A program made the position numbers and the translations under genes. From Candidatus Portiera aleyrodidarum (GTDB lineage: Bacteria > Pseudomonadota > Gammaproteobacteria > Johnevansiales > Johnevansiaceae), in NCBI RefSeq assembly GCF_000953295.1, contig NZ_LN649255.1, positions 210,001 to 242,000 on the forward strand: a DNA stretch of 32,000 nucleotides. The letters run 5' to 3'. Under the pieces are notes generated by a model that had not been told where the DNA came from, ran no database searches, and worked only from the letters and a program-made list of their open reading frames with translations. Position 1 is the stretch's first letter; each line of letters begins with the position of its first letter. Of the stretch, positions 9,196-17,922 are shown piece after piece.

Positions 9196-10322
9196 AAAAA
9201 AAAATCTATGATATAGATATCTTAATTTTAGGAGGTGGATGCTCTGGTTTATCTTTAGCTTATTATTTAAGTTTTTTACCAAATAATTTAAACATTTTGA
9301 TAATTGAAAATAAAAAATTATATTATAATGATAAAACATGGTGTGGTTGGAGAATAAAAAATCATGCTTTTATAAATTGTTGTAAAAAAACTTGGTATAA
9401 TATAAAAATAAAAAAAGAAAAAAATTCTTATTCAATAATAAATTTTTCTATTCCGTATGAATATATATTATCAATATTATTTTATAAAAAAATTATAAAT
9501 AGAATAAAAATTCTTCAGAATATTAAAATATATAATAATAAAATTTTAAATATAAAAGAATACAATGAATATGTATCAATAAAATTAAATAATGGAGAAT
9601 ATAAAATTGCACATTGGGTAATAGATACTTTACCTAAAAAAATAAAAATAAATTTACCTTGGAAATGGCAAAATTTTTTTGGGATTGAATTATATTCTAA
9701 TAAAAAATATTCAAAACCAAGTTTAATGAATTTTTATATAAATAAATATTTAAAATCTAATAAATTAAATTTTATCTATATTTTACCAATAAATAAAAAT
9801 CAAATATTATTTGAATGGACTAATTTTTATAAAAAAAAAAATCTTTATATAAAAAAATTATTAATTTATTATATAAATATTGTTTTAGGAATTTATAATT
9901 ATAAAATTTTAAGAAAAGAAACAGGCCATATACCAATGGCTTATATTATAAATAAAAAAAAATTAAAAAACTTAGCTAAAATATATGGTTGTTATATACG
10001 TCCCTCTACTGGATATTCATTTAATGAAATACAAAACTGGGCTATTAAATGTGCTTATAATTTATCAATAAATAAAAAAATTATAATACCAAAAGTTCCA
10101 TATTTTTTAATATTTTTAGATTATATTTATATGAAAACAAATGAATTTTTTCCTAAAAATTCGTTATTATTATATAATAATATTTTTTATAAAATAAAAT
10201 CTAATACTTTCATTAAATTTTTTACAAATAATCCAAATATAATAGATATCTTTAATATATTATTTTTTCTTAAACCAAAATCGATTTTATTATATACATT
10301 TATAATGATTTTATTTAAATAA
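9189..10322 (+). CDS. crtY: Lycopene beta-cyclase (CrtY type)
   Basis: 377 aa with an N-terminal [17 protein letters not shown] fold. DKTWCGW, FFGIEL, FIYILP....[15 protein letters not shown] and RPSTGYSF align position by position with my recollection of Pantoea CrtY (NHTWSFH, FIGQEW, FVYSLP..LLIEDTHY, QGALPIT, HPTTGYSL). Confidence 0.85.
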   Translation: MLKKKIYDIDILILGGGCSGLSLAYYLSFLPNNLNILIIENKKLYYNDKTWCGWRIKNHAFINCCKKTWYNIKIKKEKNSYSIINFSIPYEYILSILFYKKIINRIKILQNIKIYNNKILNIKEYNEYVSIKLNNGEYKIAHWVIDTLPKKIKINLPWKWQNFFGIELYSNKKYSKPSLMNFYINKYLKSNKLNFIYILPINKNQILFEWTNFYKKKNLYIKKLLIYYINIVLGIYNYKILRKETGHIPMAYIINKKKLKNLAKIYGCYIRPSTGYSFNEIQNWAIKCAYNLSINKKIIIPKVPYFLIFLDYIYMKTNEFFPKNSLLLYNNIFYKIKSNTFIKFFTNNPNIIDIFNILFFLKPKSILLYTFIMILFK

Positions 10323-11405
10323 ATTCCCTTTATATTGTGATTTAAATTCATTTCTTAATGAATTTATTATTTCATCTAAATTCCCAGAAATAATATTATT
10401 TAAATCATATATAGTTAAATTAATTCTATGATCTGTTACACGTCCTTGAGGATAATTATAAGTCCTAATGCGCTCTGATCTATCACCTGAACCTATTAAT
10501 GATTTTCTAATTTTTGATTGTGTTTTTTGAAGTTCATCTTTATATTTTTGTTTTAATTTTGCTTTTAATAATAAAATAGCTTTATATTTATTTTTATGTT
10601 GGGAGCGCTCTGTTTGACATGAAACTACTATATTTGTTGGAATATGTGTAATTCTAACAGCAGAATCAGTTGTATTAACATGCTGACCTCCTGCCCCACT
10701 AGATCTATAAGTATCTATTCTTAAATCTTCTATATTTATATTTATTTTTATATTTAAATCTTTTTTTATTTCAGCCATAACAGCTACAGTACAAGCTGAA
10801 GTATGTATTCTACCTATTGATTCAGTATTAGGTATTCTTTGTACTCTATGAGTCCCAGACTCAAATTTTAATTTCCCATATATTCCAGAACCTTTCATTC
10901 TTAAGATTATTTCTTTAAAACCACCATATTCTCCTGGATTAAAACTTATTAATTCATTTTTCCATCCATTTTTTTCTGCATATTTATAATACATACGAAA
11001 TAAATCCCCAGCAAAAATAGCAGCTTCAGAACCTCCGGTTCCTGCGCGGATTTCTAAAAAAATACCATTTTTATCTTCTTTATTAGAATTTTTTATTAAT
11101 ATATTTTTTATATTTAATTTTATATTAAATAATTTTCTTTTTATATTTTTAATTTCTTCAATAACTAAATTACGAATTTCTAAATCATTTTCATAATACA
11201 TTTTTTTATTATAATTTATTTCTAATTCTAATTTTTTATATTTTTTCCATAATTTTACTAATTTTTCTAATTTTGAATATTCACGTGAATATTTTATATA
11301 TTTATTTTTGTTATTAAGAATTTCAATTTTAGAAAGTAAAATAGATAAATTATAAAATTTTTTTTCAATTTTATTTAAATAATTACGTAATTTATATTTA
11401 ATCAA
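10311..11405 (-). CDS. prfA: Peptide chain release factor 1
   Basis: 364 aa with the GGQ motif ([22 protein letters not shown]), [22 protein letters not shown], and an RF1-type tripeptide region [14 protein letters not shown] (PxT, not SPF). The start as listed is TTG; there is no in-frame ATG near the N-terminus. Confidence 0.93.
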   Translation of the reverse strand: MIKYKLRNYLNKIEKKFYNLSILLSKIEILNNKNKYIKYSREYSKLEKLVKLWKKYKKLELEINYNKKMYYENDLEIRNLVIEEIKNIKRKLFNIKLNIKNILIKNSNKEDKNGIFLEIRAGTGGSEAAIFAGDLFRMYYKYAEKNGWKNELISFNPGEYGGFKEIILRMKGSGIYGKLKFESGTHRVQRIPNTESIGRIHTSACTVAVMAEIKKDLNIKININIEDLRIDTYRSSGAGGQHVNTTDSAVRITHIPTNIVVSCQTERSQHKNKYKAILLLKAKLKQKYKDELQKTQSKIRKSLIGSGDRSERIRTYNYPQGRVTDHRINLTIYDLNNIISGNLDEIINSLRNEFKSQYKGNLFK

Positions 11406-11482
11406 ATTAATTTACCTATTTATATTTAAAATAATATATAATTATAATAATATAATATAATGATTTTTAGGTAAGTGTAAAT

Positions 11483-12430
11483 ATGATTTTATCTAAATTA
11501 ATGCTATTTACTGGTAATTCAAATATAGAACTAGCAAAAAAAATTGCTAGTTGTTTAAAGACAAAATTAGGTAATTCTACAGTTAATAAATTTAGTGACG
11601 GTGAAATTTCTGTTGAAATTAAAGAAAATGTAAGAGGTAAAGATATTTTTATTTTACAATCAACTTGTGTACCTACTAATGATAATTTAATAGAATTAAT
11701 TTTAATTGTTGATGCTTTACGTAGAGCCTCAGCTACAAGAATTACAGCTGTAATTCCTTATTTAGGATATGCTAGACAAGATCGTAGAATAAGATCTACC
11801 CGTGTTCCTATTTCTGCCAAAGTTATTGCTGATATGATTGTTAAAGTAGGTGTCGATCGTGTGATGACGATGGATTTACATTCAGATCAAATACAAGGTT
11901 TTTTTGATGTGCCTGTAGATAATATTTATGGTTATCCTGTACTTATAAAAGATATAGAAAGTCAAAAATATAACAATCTGGTGATAGTATCGCCAGATAT
12001 TGGTGGGGTTATACGTGCTCGTTCAATAGCTAAAGAATTAAATGTAGAATTATCTATTATTGATAAACGTCGCCCCAAAAAAAATCAAACACAAGTAATG
12101 CATATAATTGGAGATATAAAAAATCGGACATGTATATTAATTGATGATATTGCAGATACAGCTAGTACTTTATGCAAAGCAGCTGAATCACTAAAAAAAC
12201 AAGGAGCAAAATATGTCTTTGCTTATATTACTCATGCTATATTATCAGGTAATGCAATAGATATAATAAATAATTCATTTTTAGATAAATTAATAATTAC
12301 AGATACTATTCCTTTATCAAAAAAAGCTATTATTAGTAACAAAATAAGACAAGTATCTGTTGCTAGTCTAATTGCAGAAGCAATTCGTAGAGTTAATAAT
12401 GAAGAATCAATAAGTGCAATGTTTAATTAA
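11483..12430 (+). CDS. prs: Ribose-phosphate pyrophosphokinase (PRPP synthetase)
   Basis: 315 aa, collinear with E. coli PrsA as I recall it: [65 protein letters not shown] and NEESISAMF. Confidence 0.97.
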   Translation: MILSKLMLFTGNSNIELAKKIASCLKTKLGNSTVNKFSDGEISVEIKENVRGKDIFILQSTCVPTNDNLIELILIVDALRRASATRITAVIPYLGYARQDRRIRSTRVPISAKVIADMIVKVGVDRVMTMDLHSDQIQGFFDVPVDNIYGYPVLIKDIESQKYNNLVIVSPDIGGVIRARSIAKELNVELSIIDKRRPKKNQTQVMHIIGDIKNRTCILIDDIADTASTLCKAAESLKKQGAKYVFAYITHAILSGNAIDIINNSFLDKLIITDTIPLSKKAIISNKIRQVSVASLIAEAIRRVNNEESISAMFN

Positions 12431-12445
12431 GTTGGAAAATTAATA

Positions 12446-13033
12446 ATGCCAAACAATAAAATAAATGCTTTTATGAGATATAATCTAGGTAAAAGAGCAA
12501 ATAAAAGATTACGTAATAATTCTATTATTCCTGCAATAATATATGGAGGAAATAAAAAAAATTTACTTATTGCAATAGAAAAAGAAAATTTATTAAATTT
12601 TATGAAAAGAGAAAATTTTTTTTCTTCTATTTTAAATATAAATATAAATAAAATTAATGAAAAAGTTTTTATACGTAAGATCCAACATCATCCATTTAAA
12701 AATTTAATTAATCATATAGATTTTATACGTATAAATAAAAATCAAAAAATAAATGTATTAGTTAAAATAAAAATTATAGGAAAAGAAAATTGTAAAGGTA
12801 TAAAAAAAGAAGGAGGTTTACTATATTTACATAAAAATTATGTCAAAATAAATTGTTTACCTAAAGATATACCTAATTTCATTGAAATAAATGTAAGTAA
12901 TTTATCTTTAGGAGAAACTTTCTATTTAAATAATATTTCTGACACTTTATATTTTAATACAAAAAAAATTTTATTTGTAGAAAAAAATAAAGAAATTATT
13001 ACTATAAAACGTATAAGAAAAAATCTAGAATAA
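12446..13033 (+). CDS. rplY: 50S ribosomal protein L25 (long, Ctc-type), divergent
   Basis: 195 aa. The N-terminal R..LGKRANKRLRNNSIIPAIIYGG matches the L25/Ctc N-terminus. The rest is strongly compositionally biased. Confidence 0.75.
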   Translation: MPNNKINAFMRYNLGKRANKRLRNNSIIPAIIYGGNKKNLLIAIEKENLLNFMKRENFFSSILNININKINEKVFIRKIQHHPFKNLINHIDFIRINKNQKINVLVKIKIIGKENCKGIKKEGGLLYLHKNYVKINCLPKDIPNFIEINVSNLSLGETFYLNNISDTLYFNTKKILFVEKNKEIITIKRIRKNLE

Positions 13034-13045
13034 TAAATATTTGAC

Positions 13046-13119
13046 GGCTGCGTAGCTCAGCTGGTTAGAGCACATCACTCATAATGATGAGGTCCCCTGT
13101 TCAAGTCAGGGCGTAGCTA
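13046..13119 (+). tRNA. tRNA-Met (anticodon CAT), elongator type; CCA not encoded
   Basis: Cloverleaf folded by hand: GGCTGCG/CGTAGCT acceptor stem, CATCA-CTCATAA-TGATG anticodon arm, CCCTG-TTCAAGT-CAGGG T arm. The 5' half is nearly identical to E. coli elongator tRNA-Met. It lacks initiator features (no 1:72 mismatch, no GGG/CCC anticodon stem). A lysidine-modified Ile2 identity cannot be formally excluded. Confidence 0.85.
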
Positions 13120-13132
13120 ACTTTCTAAATTA

Positions 13133-13205
13133 CTCCCCGAACAGGATTCGAACCTGTGACCTAATGATTAACAGTCATTTGCTCTACCAACTGAGCTATC
13201 GAGGA
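13133..13205 (-). tRNA. tRNA-Asn (anticodon GTT)
   Basis: The minus strand reads TCCTCGA TA GCTC AGTTGGTA GAGC A AATGA CTGTTAA TCATT AGGTC ACAGG TTCGAAT CCTGT TCGGGGA G. This is a complete cloverleaf resembling E. coli tRNA-Asn. Confidence 0.93.
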
Positions 13206-13239
13206 TTTATTATTTATGTTAACAATTTTATTAATCAAG

Positions 13240-14049
13240 TCAAGTAGTTTGATTTATTAATTTTTTTAAGTAATTTCCATTATTTTTTAATAAAAATTCT
13301 CCAATTAAAAAAACATTAACACCAAAAAGTTTTAATGTTTTTAAATCATTTTTATTTAAAATTCCTGATTCAGTAACAAAAATAACATTAGAAGGTATAT
13401 ATTTTATTAAAGACAATGTTATTTTTATAGAAGTATTAAATGTATATAAATTACGATTATTTATACCTATAAATTTTGCATTTAATGAAAATAAAGCAAT
13501 TTCTAATTCTAAGATAGAATGTATTTCTAATAATACATCCAGACCTATAGATCTAGCTATCTTATATAATTTTTTTAACAATTCATATTCTAAAATTGAA
13601 ACTATTAATAAAATACAATCCGCACCTAATAAACGAGCTTCAAAAATTTGATATTCATCAATAATAAAATCTTTAAATAAAACTGGTAAATCACAATTTT
13701 TTTTTATTTTTAATATATCTTTTTTACTACCTTTAAAAAAATTATTTTCTGTTAATATAGAAATACAAACAGCACCATTCAAATAATAATTATACGCTAT
13801 TTTTTCAATATTCTTAGAATTAGTAATAACACCTTTAGAAGGTGAATATCTTTTAATTTCAGCAATAACTGAAATTTTATTTTCATATTGTTTATTTTTT
13901 ATTGATTTTTTAAAACAATTATTAGTAAAATTATTTTTATATAAATAATATTTATTACGTATTTTATCTAATGAAAAATTTTTTATACAATTAGTTATTG
14001 TTTTATTTTTATAATATAAAATATTTTTTAATATATTTTTTTTATCCAT
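13240..14049 (-). CDS. trpC: Indole-3-glycerol phosphate synthase
   Basis: 269 aa with VIAEIKRYSPSKG, ISILTE..FF.GS, PVLFKDFIIDEYQI.EAR..GAD, IGINNRNL.TF and ESGI. Confidence 0.92.
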   Translation of the reverse strand: MDKKNILKNILYYKNKTITNCIKNFSLDKIRNKYYLYKNNFTNNCFKKSIKNKQYENKISVIAEIKRYSPSKGVITNSKNIEKIAYNYYLNGAVCISILTENNFFKGSKKDILKIKKNCDLPVLFKDFIIDEYQIFEARLLGADCILLIVSILEYELLKKLYKIARSIGLDVLLEIHSILELEIALFSLNAKFIGINNRNLYTFNTSIKITLSLIKYIPSNVIFVTESGILNKNDLKTLKLFGVNVFLIGEFLLKNNGNYLKKLINQTT

Positions 14050-15070
14050 TATATCCCTTTCTTAAATTTTTAGTAAAAAAAACAAGTTCTTTTAATTTTT
14101 TAAAAACTTTTCCTGAAAATAATATATATTTAGCTAAATCAATTCCATTATTAATATTATTTACTATTCCTGAAACATATAAAGCCGTTCCTGAATTTAA
14201 TAAAATAATTTCAAAAGCTAGACAAAAATTCCCGTTTATAGAATTAATTATTATATCTAAACTTTGTAAAACATTTTTTATTTTTATGAAATTTAATAAT
14301 TTTGTTTTCATAAAAAAATTTTTAGGATGAATTAAATAGTTTTTTATTTTTCCTTTATTTAATTCAGAAATATAAGTTGAATTTTTTAAAGAAATTTCAT
14401 CTAAACCCTCTTTAGAATGAATTACTAATGTTTTTATACTACCTAATTTCATAAACGCTTTAGCAATTAGATTTAATAATCGTTTATCATATACCCCTAC
14501 TAATTGTTTTAATGGTTGAATCGGATTATTTAAAGGACCTAATATATTAAAGATTGTAGGGATATGTATATCAATTCGTATTTGTTTTATTTTTTTTTTA
14601 TATTTAGAATTTAATATAAAAAATATTATTCCTATATTTTTTATACATTTTATAAATTCTTTTTTTTTAAAATTTAAATTTATTCCTAAGACATTAAGTA
14701 AATCTAAACTGCCTGAATAAGATGATATACTTTTACTACCGTGTTTAACAACCTTTATTGCTCTAGAAGCAGCTACTACAAAACTTGAAGCTGTTGAAAT
14801 ATTAAAATAATTAAAATTATCACTACCTGTCCCTACTAAATCTATAAGATTTATATTTTTAATAAGATTTAATTTCTTAAAATCATTTATTACTTTTGCT
14901 GTTGCTGCTATTTCAGCACTATTTTCTTTTTTTATAGATAATGCTGTTAAGATAGATGCAATTTGTGTTGATTCTATTTTACCTAAAACTATTAATTCCA
15001 TTAATTTATAAAAAAATTTAAATTTTATATTTTTTTTCTTTATTAAAGTTTTTAAAATTTTATAAATCAT
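14042..15070 (-). CDS. trpD: Anthranilate phosphoribosyltransferase
   Basis: 342 aa with DLVGTGSD..N.FNISTAS.FVVAA....V.KHGS.S.SS.SGS.DLL..LG and IFNILGPL.NP. It overlaps the trpC start by 8 nt. Confidence 0.9.
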   Translation of the reverse strand: MIYKILKTLIKKKNIKFKFFYKLMELIVLGKIESTQIASILTALSIKKENSAEIAATAKVINDFKKLNLIKNINLIDLVGTGSDNFNYFNISTASSFVVAASRAIKVVKHGSKSISSYSGSLDLLNVLGINLNFKKKEFIKCIKNIGIIFFILNSKYKKKIKQIRIDIHIPTIFNILGPLNNPIQPLKQLVGVYDKRLLNLIAKAFMKLGSIKTLVIHSKEGLDEISLKNSTYISELNKGKIKNYLIHPKNFFMKTKLLNFIKIKNVLQSLDIIINSINGNFCLAFEIILLNSGTALYVSGIVNNINNGIDLAKYILFSGKVFKKLKELVFFTKNLRKGYNG

Positions 15071-15071
15071 T

Positions 15072-15650
15072 TTATTTTTTTATAAAGTTTTTTAATAACT
15101 CATGACCTTTATAAGTTAAAATAGATTCTGGATGAAATTGGAAACCTTCAATCTTATATTGTTTATGTTTTATGCCCATAATTACATTTGGTGTTAAATC
15201 ATAAAATTCTGTTGTCGCTGTAATTTCTAAACAATCAGGCAAAGATTTTTTATCAATTATTAAAGAATGATATCTATTTACTAGTATAGGATTTATTAAT
15301 CCTTTAAATAAACCTTTACTGTTATGTTTAATTCTTGATGTTTTACCATGAATAATTTTTTTTGATTTAATTATTTTCCCTCCAAATACTTGTCCAATTA
15401 TTTGATGACCAAGACATATTCCTAGTATCGGAATTTTATTTGCAAAATGTTTAATTATTTCAAGTGAATTCCCAGCTTTTTTAGGAGTACATGGTCCTGG
15501 AGAAAGAACTAAATGAGTAAAATTTTTTTTTTCTATATTTTTTATTGTAATATTATTGCGAACAATCTTAACATAAACACCTAATTCCATAAAATAATGT
15601 ACAATATTAAAAGTAAAACTATCATAATTATCAATTATTAAAATTTTCAA
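15072..15650 (-). CDS. trpG: Anthranilate synthase component II (glutamine amidotransferase)
   Basis: 192 aa with ILIIDNYDSFTFN, LSPGPC.P, the triad context GICLGHQ, RYHSL and FQFHPES. The start as listed is TTG, preceded by AAGGA. No ATG is available. Confidence 0.92.
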   Translation of the reverse strand: MKILIIDNYDSFTFNIVHYFMELGVYVKIVRNNITIKNIEKKNFTHLVLSPGPCTPKKAGNSLEIIKHFANKIPILGICLGHQIIGQVFGGKIIKSKKIIHGKTSRIKHNSKGLFKGLINPILVNRYHSLIIDKKSLPDCLEITATTEFYDLTPNVIMGIKHKQYKIEGFQFHPESILTYKGHELLKNFIKK

Positions 15651-15665
15651 TATTTTTCCTTATTC

Positions 15666-17144
15666 TTATACAATATTTTCTTCTACTAGAGCAGCTGCTT
15701 TAAATAATACACTACTTTTATTTAATATTTCATTCCATTCATTTTGATAATCTGATTGTTCTACTATTCCTCCACCAGATTGAATATGTAATTCATTATT
15801 TTTAATAATTGCTGTCCGTATTGCGATAGCCATATCCAGATTTCCATTCCAAGATAAATAACCAACAGCTCCTGAATATATACCTCTTTTTACAGGTTCA
15901 CTTTCATTTATAATTTCTAATGCTCTTATTTTAGGCGCACCAGAAATAGTACCAGCAGGAAAAGTAGCACGAAAAACATCAATTAAATCTAATTTAGGTT
16001 TTAATATACCTCTTATATTAGTAACGATATGCATAACATGTGAATATCTTTCTATTGACATTTTTTTAGTAACTATTACAGTACCTTTAATACTAACTTT
16101 TCCTACATCATTACGGCCTAAATCAATTAACATAATATGTTCAGAACATTCTTTAGGATCATGTAATAATTCTTTTTCTAAATATATATCCTCTTTTTCA
16201 TTTTTGCCTCTCTGTCTTGTTCCTGCTATAGGTCTTAAAGTAATTTTTTTCTTATCTAATCTAACCATAATTTCAGGAGAAGAACCAACTACATAATGAT
16301 CTTTTAAATTTAAATAAAACAGATATGGGGAAGGATTTAAAACTCTTAAAGAACGATAAAGATTTATTGGTTTAGATTTAAAAGGTATAATAATTCTTTG
16401 AGAGGGCACACATTGCATTACATCTCCTGATGAAATAAATTTTTTAATTTTATTAATATATTTTTTATATGTAAATTTAGTAAAACTATAAAATATAGGT
16501 TTTTTTTTATATTTTTTAAATCTCTTATTGTTATTATACAAATATGATTCATAAATTTTTGATTTCTTAATCAAATTATAACTTAATTTCTTTTCTATTA
16601 TTTTTATACGTGAATAAGCTTTTTTTAAATATTGTTTTTCATATATATTAACATTTATTAAGATAGTTAATCTTCCAGAATATTTATCAAAAATAATAAG
16701 ATCATTAGCTATTAATAATAAAATATCAGGTGTATTTATTGGATCATATTGCTTGTAGGATTTGATTGTTGGTTCAATAAATTTTATAGTATCATATCCA
16801 AAATATCCAACTAAACCTCCATCAAATATTATTTTACTTTTATTAAAAATATTATTTTTTATTTTTTTTATATATTTTGATATCCATAATAAAGGATCTA
16901 TAATTTTTATTTTTTCAATTTTAAATTTGTTTTTAAATAAAATTATTTTTTTTTCACGTACTTCTATTCTTTTCTTGCAACGTAAACCAATTATAGAATA
17001 TCTCCCCCATTTTTTTTTTCCTTCTATTGATTCTAATAAAAAAGTCCATGGATAATTTGCTAGTTTCATATAAATCGAAAGGGGAGTATCAATATCTGCT
17101 ATAATTTCTTTATAAATAAGAATTCTATTTTTTAATAAGTTCAT
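15666..17144 (-). CDS. trpE: Anthranilate synthase component I
   Basis: 492 aa with LLES..(10 aa)..S, GGLVGYFGYD, GDVMQCVPSQR, NPSPYLF, GSSPE, RPIAGTR.RG, EH.MLIDL.RND.GK, FPAGTISGAPK.RA.EII and RG.YSGAVGY. Confidence 0.95.
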   Translation of the reverse strand: MNLLKNRILIYKEIIADIDTPLSIYMKLANYPWTFLLESIEGKKKWGRYSIIGLRCKKRIEVREKKIILFKNKFKIEKIKIIDPLLWISKYIKKIKNNIFNKSKIIFDGGLVGYFGYDTIKFIEPTIKSYKQYDPINTPDILLLIANDLIIFDKYSGRLTILINVNIYEKQYLKKAYSRIKIIEKKLSYNLIKKSKIYESYLYNNNKRFKKYKKKPIFYSFTKFTYKKYINKIKKFISSGDVMQCVPSQRIIIPFKSKPINLYRSLRVLNPSPYLFYLNLKDHYVVGSSPEIMVRLDKKKITLRPIAGTRQRGKNEKEDIYLEKELLHDPKECSEHIMLIDLGRNDVGKVSIKGTVIVTKKMSIERYSHVMHIVTNIRGILKPKLDLIDVFRATFPAGTISGAPKIRALEIINESEPVKRGIYSGAVGYLSWNGNLDMAIAIRTAIIKNNELHIQSGGGIVEQSDYQNEWNEILNKSSVLFKAAALVEENIV

Positions 17145-17165
17145 TTAAAAATTAATAATTTTTAT

Positions 17166-17237
17166 TGGGTCGTGTAGGATTCGAACCTACGACCAATTGG
17201 TTAAAAGCCAATTGCTCTCCCACTGAGCTAACGACCC
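17166..17237 (-). tRNA. tRNA-Lys (anticodon TTT)
   Basis: The minus strand reads GGGTCGT TA GCTC AGTGGGA GAGC A ATTGG CTTTTAA CCAAT TGGTC GTAGG TTCGAAT CCTAC ACGACCC A. It is nearly identical to E. coli tRNA-Lys. Confidence 0.95.
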
Positions 17238-17258
17238 ATAAATATATTATAACATATT

Positions 17259-17888
17259 TTATTTAGTACCAAAAATTTTATCACCTGCATCTCCTAATCC
17301 TGGTACTATATATCCAGATTTATTTAAGTTAGTTTCTATTGAAGCTGTATAAATTTGAACATCAAAATGTGATTCTAGAACTCTTTCTAGACCTTCTGGT
17401 GCAGCTACTAATACAAGAACTTTTATTTTATTACATTTTTTTTCTTTAAGCATATTTATTACAGAAATTATTGAACCCCCTGTAGCTAACATAGGATCTA
17501 TTATTAAAGCTAAACGTTCATCTAAAGCATTGACAATTTTTTCAAAATAAGGTATAGCTTCAAATGTTTTCTTATTCCGATAGACACCAACCACACTAAT
17601 ATGTGCACTAGGAATTAAGTTTGTAATACCATTCATCATACTTAGACCAGCTCGCAAAACCGGCACGATAGTAATTTTTTTTCCATTAATTCTTTCAACC
17701 GTTAATGGTTTACCATCCCATCCTCTTATATTATGGAATTCAATTTTTAATTCTCTTGTTGCTTCATAAGCTAGTAGTTCCGTTATTTCACTTGCTAATT
17801 CACGAAAATGTTTAGGACTAATTTTTGAAGATCTCATTAAACCTAATTTATGTTTAATTAAAGGATGCTCAATTACATTCACACTCAT
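17259..17888 (-). CDS. upp: Uracil phosphoribosyltransferase
   Basis: 209 aa, collinear with E. coli Upp as I recall it ([57 protein letters not shown]). Much less compositionally eroded than its neighbours. Confidence 0.97.
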   Translation of the reverse strand: MSVNVIEHPLIKHKLGLMRSSKISPKHFRELASEITELLAYEATRELKIEFHNIRGWDGKPLTVERINGKKITIVPVLRAGLSMMNGITNLIPSAHISVVGVYRNKKTFEAIPYFEKIVNALDERLALIIDPMLATGGSIISVINMLKEKKCNKIKVLVLVAAPEGLERVLESHFDVQIYTASIETNLNKSGYIVPGLGDAGDKIFGTK

Positions 17889-17922
17889 TGAATATCTCTT
17901 TTACTATCTATTTATAAATAAA

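Noticed and set aside
13998-14330. A 110-aa plus-strand ORF overlapping the trpD/trpC junction.
   Set aside because: It is antisense to conserved trpD sequence, is low-complexity Phe/Ile/Lys and has no recognisable domain. It is a compositional artefact.
16762-17055. A 97-aa plus-strand ORF inside trpE.
   Set aside because: It is antisense to a strongly supported CDS and is low-complexity, with no independent signal.
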